DNA from: Chthoniobacteraceae bacterium | GTDB taxonomy: Bacteria; Verrucomicrobiota; Verrucomicrobiia; Chthoniobacterales; Chthoniobacteraceae | Reading direction: 5' to 3' | Length of the DNA: 12,378 bases | Assembly: GCA_040081625.1 (NCBI GenBank) | Contig: JBEBGD010000137.1 | Span: 1-12,378, forward strand | Shown: piece after piece, positions 8,720 to 12,378 of the stretch | Numbering within the stretch: position 1 is the stretch's first letter | Layout of the letters: every line of letters starts with the position of its first letter | Notes under the pieces: model-generated | Seen by the model: the letters and a program-made list of their open reading frames with translations, nothing else | Database searches by the model: none | What the model was told of the DNA's origin: nothing | Program-made: the position numbers and the translations under genes

Positions 8720-9579
8720 ACCGCATCCCCCAACTCCTCACCGCCCTCGCCCTCGTGACCTCCGCACACGCCGAAAAAGTCACTCGCGATGTTCCCTACA
8801 TCGAGAACGCGAACGAGCGCCAGAAGGTCGATGTCTACGCGCCCGACAATGCGAAGAACCTGCCCGTCGTCTTTTGGATTCACGGCGGCGGATGGACGCA
8901 GGGCGACAGGACGAGCGTGCATCTCAAACCTCAAGCCTTCGCGGCGAAAGGCTTCGTGCTCGTCTCCACGGGTTATCGCCTGCTGCCCGATGTGAACATG
9001 GAGACGCTCACGCGCGATGTCGCGAAGTCGCTCGGCTGGGTCCATAAGAACATCGCCAAGTATGGCGGCGACCCGAAGCGCATCATCGTCGGCGGACACT
9101 CCGCCGGCGCGCAGCTCGCCGCACTGATGTGCATCGACGATCGTTACCTGAAGGCCGAAGGCGTTTCGTTCGACGTGCTCAAGGGTTGCTTCCCCGTCGA
9201 TGGCGACACCTACGACATCCCGGCCATGATCGAGACCGCCGAGACCCGCCTGCGCGTTCACGGCTTGCCGCCGCCGAAGTTCGGGCACCGCGCGAAGTTT
9301 GGCGAGACCCCGGAGAAACATCGCGACTTCTCCGCCGTCACCCACGTCGCCAAGGGCAAAGGCATCCCGCCCTTTCTCATCCTCCACGTCGGAGCGCATC
9401 CCGATAACAGCATCCAGGCCCAGCGCCTCGGCACTGTGCTGAAGGAGGCTGGCGTGCCGGTGAAAGTCTTCGGAGCAAAGGAGACCGACCACACGAAGAT
9501 CAACGCGAACCTCGGCCAGGAGGGCGATCCTTCGACCGTCGCGCTTTACGAGTTCTTCGACGGAGCACTCAAGAAGTGA
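8716..9579 (+). CDS. Secreted alpha/beta hydrolase (carboxylesterase/arylformamidase-like)
   Basis: Start ATG 8716 overlaps the upstream TGA (ATGA). Signal peptide [19 protein letters not shown]. Motifs VDVYAP, IHGGGW, GYRLLP, GHSAGA, TDHTKIN. Confidence 0.88.
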   Translation: MNRIPQLLTALALVTSAHAEKVTRDVPYIENANERQKVDVYAPDNAKNLPVVFWIHGGGWTQGDRTSVHLKPQAFAAKGFVLVSTGYRLLPDVNMETLTRDVAKSLGWVHKNIAKYGGDPKRIIVGGHSAGAQLAALMCIDDRYLKAEGVSFDVLKGCFPVDGDTYDIPAMIETAETRLRVHGLPPPKFGHRAKFGETPEKHRDFSAVTHVAKGKGIPPFLILHVGAHPDNSIQAQRLGTVLKEAGVPVKVFGAKETDHTKINANLGQEGDPSTVALYEFFDGALKK

Positions 9580-10994
9580 AGACTTCCACTTTCCTCGTCG
9601 CGCTCACACTTCTCGCCGGTTCGTGCCTCGCCGCCGACCCGACTTTCCGCGCCGGCGCAGCCGCGGTGGATGTGACCCCGAAGCTATTCCCGTTGAACAT
9701 GCCCGGTGGGTTCAGCGCGAATGCCGCCACCGGCGCGCACGATCCGCTCCACTCGCGAGCGATGGTGCTCGCCGATGGGAAGACCACGCTCGCGATGGTC
9801 GTCGTGGACAACCTCGGCCTCGCCCGCGAGACCATCGACGAAGCGAAAGCCATCGCCGCGAAAGCCACCGGCATTCCCGTGGAGCGGATGATGATCAACT
9901 CCACGCACACGCACAGCGGCCCGTCGTCGAACTCGCGCGAGAGCGACACGAATGGCTTCGCTTATCGCGGGCTGCTCGTGCAAGGCATCGCCGACTCGAT
10001 CATCCGCGCGCATGGCAAACTCCAGCCCGCCGCCATCGGCGCCGCCGCGCATCCGCTGCCCGACGAAGTTTTCAACCGCCGCTGGTATCTCAAACCCGGC
10101 AAGATGCCGCCGAATCCCTACGGCAAGCTCGATCGCGTGAAGATGAACCCCGGCACGAACCCCGACGTGCTCGACCGCCCCGCGGGCCCGACCGATCCGG
10201 ACATCTCCGTCATCTCCGTGCAGAATGCGAAGCGCCGGCAGCTCGCGATCTTCGCCTGCTATGCGCTCCACTACGTCGGCAGCCCGCCGAAGGGCCTCAT
10301 GTCCGCGGACTACTTCGGCGAGTTCGCGCGCCTCATGCCCTCGCGCGTGAAAGCCGGCGACGATTTCGTCGCGATGATGTCCAACGGCGCATCGGGCGAC
10401 ATCAATAACATCCCCTTCGGCGTCACGCGCCCGCCGCGCGAGCCATACGAGCAGATCCGCATCGTCGCGCAAAAAGCCGCCGACACCGCGTGGCTCGCGC
10501 TGAGAAAAATCGAGAAGCACCGCGCCGACGCGCCGCTCGCGATGATGCAGCGCGACATCACGCTCAAGTATCGCAAACCCAGTGCCGAGGCCATCGCCGA
10601 CGCGAAAGCCGTGCTAGCCATCAAGGACCCCGCTGCAAAAGAGAACCTCCCTCGTCTCGCGGAGAACTACGCCCGCGGCACCATCAATGCCGCCGAGCGC
10701 GGCGAGGAGACCCTGAGCGTCTGCCTGCAAGCCATCCGCATCGGCGACCTCGCCGTATGCGGCATTCCCTTCGAGACTTTCGTCGAGATCGGACTCGACC
10801 TCAAAAAACGCAGTCCCTTTCCGCAGACGATGGTCATCGGCCTCGCCAATGGACGCCACGGCTACCTCCCCACGCCGGAGCACCATGAGCTCGGCGGTTA
10901 CGAGACGTGGCTCGGCACGAACTATGTGCAGGAAGACGCGTCGGTGATCCTCGCGAACAACCTGCTCGAGATGCTCGCCGAGCTGCGCAAATAG
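9576..10994 (+). CDS. Secreted neutral/alkaline ceramidase-like metallo-amidohydrolase family protein
   Basis: GTG start overlaps the upstream TGA (GTGA). Signal peptide. Motifs [61 protein letters not shown]. Confidence 0.8.
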   Translation: MKTSTFLVALTLLAGSCLAADPTFRAGAAAVDVTPKLFPLNMPGGFSANAATGAHDPLHSRAMVLADGKTTLAMVVVDNLGLARETIDEAKAIAAKATGIPVERMMINSTHTHSGPSSNSRESDTNGFAYRGLLVQGIADSIIRAHGKLQPAAIGAAAHPLPDEVFNRRWYLKPGKMPPNPYGKLDRVKMNPGTNPDVLDRPAGPTDPDISVISVQNAKRRQLAIFACYALHYVGSPPKGLMSADYFGEFARLMPSRVKAGDDFVAMMSNGASGDINNIPFGVTRPPREPYEQIRIVAQKAADTAWLALRKIEKHRADAPLAMMQRDITLKYRKPSAEAIADAKAVLAIKDPAAKENLPRLAENYARGTINAAERGEETLSVCLQAIRIGDLAVCGIPFETFVEIGLDLKKRSPFPQTMVIGLANGRHGYLPTPEHHELGGYETWLGTNYVQEDASVILANNLLEMLAELRK

Positions 10995-11022
10995 CGCGCT
11001 CCGCGTGCGTCCGCGGCAATAG

Positions 11023-11325
11023 TTATCGCCGTGCGGCGAGGATCAGCTCATTGAGCCTCTGCCACAGCTCCTCCTTCTCCGGATCGGCATAAGGCGTGTC
11101 GAGCGTTGGCACCGCGTTCGTATTGGCCGAAGTGCCGGCGATCGCGGCAGTCAAGGCGGCGGTCGTCACCTCGCCGGGTGGCCCTTGCGGACCGGGCTCG
11201 CCCTGCGGTCCCGGCGGCCCTGGCAAGGTCGAGTCTATCTTATCGTTGAGCGCATTGAGTTGCGCCCGCATCGCGACGGCGTCGGCGAGCGTGTTAGCGG
11301 TGGGGAAGTTCGGATCGAAAGGCAT
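11023..11325 (-). CDS. 100-aa hypothetical protein with a short collagen-like (Gly-X-Y)6 segment between two amphipathic helices
   Basis: MPFDPNFP...MRAQLNALNDKID...GPPGPQGEPGPQGPPGEV...LWQRLNELILAARR. Fills the gap and converges on the gene ending at 10994. Confidence 0.75.
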   Translation of the reverse strand: MPFDPNFPTANTLADAVAMRAQLNALNDKIDSTLPGPPGPQGEPGPQGPPGEVTTAALTAAIAGTSANTNAVPTLDTPYADPEKEELWQRLNELILAARR

Positions 11326-11354
11326 GGCGGGGTGGTGGTGGGCTTAAAGACAAC

Positions 11355-11474
11355 CTGTCATCCTGAGCGAAGCCGAAGGACCTGTAACATCTGTTCCCCG
11401 CTGCCTGTCTGCTCCAGCCCGATGCCAAAGATGTTACAGGTCCTTCGACTCGCTTCACTCGCTCAGGATGACAG
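11355..11474. repeat. 120-bp REP/REPIN-like composite inverted repeat (long stem-loop)
   Basis: CTGTCATCCTGAGCGA (11355-11370) pairs perfectly with TCGCTCAGGATGACAG (11459-11474). CGAAGGACCTGTAACATCT (11374-11392) pairs perfectly with AGATGTTACAGGTCCTTCG (11429-11447). Loop is 36 nt. Confidence 0.85.
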
Positions 11475-11496
11475 CATGGGCAGCATCGAGCCACCG

Positions 11497-11717
11497 GACT
11501 CCGACTTCTCTTTTCCCGAGGTCCACCTCTCCTTTCGTGAAGTCGAGTGCTCCTCTCCAGAGCTCCACCTCTGTTTTCCAGAAGTCGGGTGCTCTTCCTC
11601 TGAGGTCGAGTGCACTTTTCAGCACTCGACCTCTCATTAGGAGGACTCGACTCCTCCTTTCTTGAGGTCGGGTTCTGTTTTCCTGAGGTCGAGTGCTCAT
11701 TTTCAGAGGTCCGCTTG
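11497..11717. repeat. Degenerate tandem array of 11 units with 21-bp period (12-bp quasi-palindromic core plus 9-bp pyrimidine-rich spacer)
   Basis: Cores start at 11497, 11518, 11539, 11560, 11581, 11602, 11622, 11643, 11664, 11685, 11706: GACTCCGACTTC, GAGGTCCACCTC, GAAGTCGAGTGC, GAGCTCCACCTC, GAAGTCGGGTGC, GAGGTCGAGTGC, GCACTCGACCTC, GGACTCGACTCC, GAGGTCGGGTTC, GAGGTCGAGTGC, GAGGTCCGCTTG. All intervals are 21 bp except one of 20 bp. Confidence 0.85.
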
Positions 11718-11744
11718 CGGATCTACAGAGTAAACCGCCCCGGA

Positions 11745-12338
11745 TCAGGGTATCGGCGGGGTCGGCGGCGGCGTGGGCTCTTCTTCTTCGTCCGGTCCTC
11801 CGAACCGCTTGAACCAATCCAGATACTCGCCGACCTGAATGTTGCTCATTCCCGTCAGCTCCGCGCTCGCCTCGATGAACGGCCGTCCCTTGCGAACGCG
11901 CTGCACGATATCGCAGCTCACCGCCTGAAGCGTGTCGAAGTAGAGCTCGTGCACCTGCATGATCTTGCTTTTGCCCTGCAACCACAGCTCCCGCGCGGGC
12001 ACATCGGCAAGCAATTTCGCCCGGTTGAATGTCCCCGGAAACCACCCCGCATTGTCCCGGATCAATGCCACCCCGTCATCCACCATCGAGCCATTCTCCG
12101 GCCCGATACCCTTGTGTTTCCTTCGCTGCTCATCAGTCAGCGAAACCGCTTTGGTCAGCAAATGCGTGAGCAGCGCATCCGCCTTCGTGTTGAGTTCGTC
12201 GATCCAGGTTTGATCGACCGTGATGTTAGTGAGGTCAGGTTCAGCCATGGGAGTGTTTGAATTTGGATTTTGCGCCACCGGCGTCCACGAACTCTGGTTC
12301 CAGAAAGACTGATTCCAGATCATGGGTGTCGCTGGCAT
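11745..12338 (-). CDS. Hypothetical, predicted all-alpha-helical protein with a Trp-periodic N-terminal extension and an acidic/Pro-rich tail
   Basis: Open frame 11745-12374. Preferred start is ATG 12338 (197 aa); alternative ATG 12248 gives 167 aa. Amphipathic helical core with SLTDEQRRKHKGIG, FPGTFNRAKLLAD, YFDTL; tail GGPDEEEEPTPPPTPPIP. Confidence 0.75.
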   Translation of the reverse strand: MPATPMIWNQSFWNQSSWTPVAQNPNSNTPMAEPDLTNITVDQTWIDELNTKADALLTHLLTKAVSLTDEQRRKHKGIGPENGSMVDDGVALIRDNAGWFPGTFNRAKLLADVPARELWLQGKSKIMQVHELYFDTLQAVSCDIVQRVRKGRPFIEASAELTGMSNIQVGEYLDWFKRFGGPDEEEEPTPPPTPPIP

Positions 12339-12345
12339 GAGCGCG

Positions 12346-12374
12346 AAAAGAGCACCCACCCCCACCCCCGCCAA
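12346..12374 (-). promoter_or_regulatory. Putative sigma70-type promoter for a leaderless transcript starting at ATG 12338
   Basis: The minus strand reads TTGGCG (12374-12369), 17 nt, TCTTTT (12351-12346, preceded by TGc), 7 nt, ATG. Spacing is canonical but the -10 match is weak. Confidence 0.35.
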
Positions 12375-12378
12375 CGGC

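Noticed and set aside
9576..9640. Possible lipoprotein lipobox in the ceramidase-like protein (LLAGSC)
   Set aside because: The -3 residue is Ala rather than Leu/Val/Ile, and a signal peptidase I site (CLA-AD) follows, so Sec/SPI is more likely.
11185..11640. Plus-strand ORFs through the hairpin and array (PEVHLSF/REVECSS heptads; also 11610-12260)
   Set aside because: They are antisense to better-supported genes, cross the REP-like element (CHPERSRR is a typical translation of such repeats), and break at the phase slip.
11497..11717. Array as a CRISPR locus
   Set aside because: Repeats are only 12 bp and degenerate, spacers are 8-9 bp and similar to each other, and no cas gene is present.
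11455..12045. Minus-strand 196-aa ORF (or 81 aa from ATG 11700) reading the array as a heptad/coiled-coil protein (KSALDLR GRAPDFW KTEVELW...)
   Set aside because: The repeat register shifts at the 20-bp unit, so the two halves encode unrelated heptads. The coiled-coil-like register contains several stops (TGA, TAA) in 11620-11705. The ORF also overlaps the helical gene and ends inside the inverted repeat. A decayed coding repeat cannot be fully excluded.
12355..12372. G-rich run GGCGGGGGTGGGGGTGGG (minus strand) as a G-quadruplex
   Set aside because: Only three runs of three or more G; it is also explained as the spacer of the putative promoter and sits at the window edge.

Overview
GC-rich bacterial DNA. 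The gene content (DUF1080 proteins, several secreted alpha/beta hydrolases, a ceramidase-like protein, a Tat-signal TIM-barrel isomerase) suggests the PVC superphylum, probably Verrucomicrobia; this is inference. Positions 1-10994 are a densely coding region: the 3' part of an Aas-like acyl-AMP ligase, a secreted esterase with C-terminal EF-hands, a tandem-DUF3592 membrane protein paired with a small beta-sandwich protein, a small secreted protein, a DUF1080 protein, a Hyi-like isomerase, and a coupled three-gene operon (DUF1080-hydrolase fusion, hydrolase, ceramidase-like protein). The last ~1.35 kb (11023-12378, minus strand) is the unusual part. It holds an uncharacterised helical protein with a Trp-periodic N-terminus, an 11-unit 21-bp array of quasi-palindromic 12-bp cores with pyrimidine-rich spacers, a 120-bp REP-like inverted repeat, and a 100-aa coiled-coil/collagen mini-protein. 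This cassette is the best candidate for an undescribed system. All family calls come from motif recognition by eye; no searches were run.
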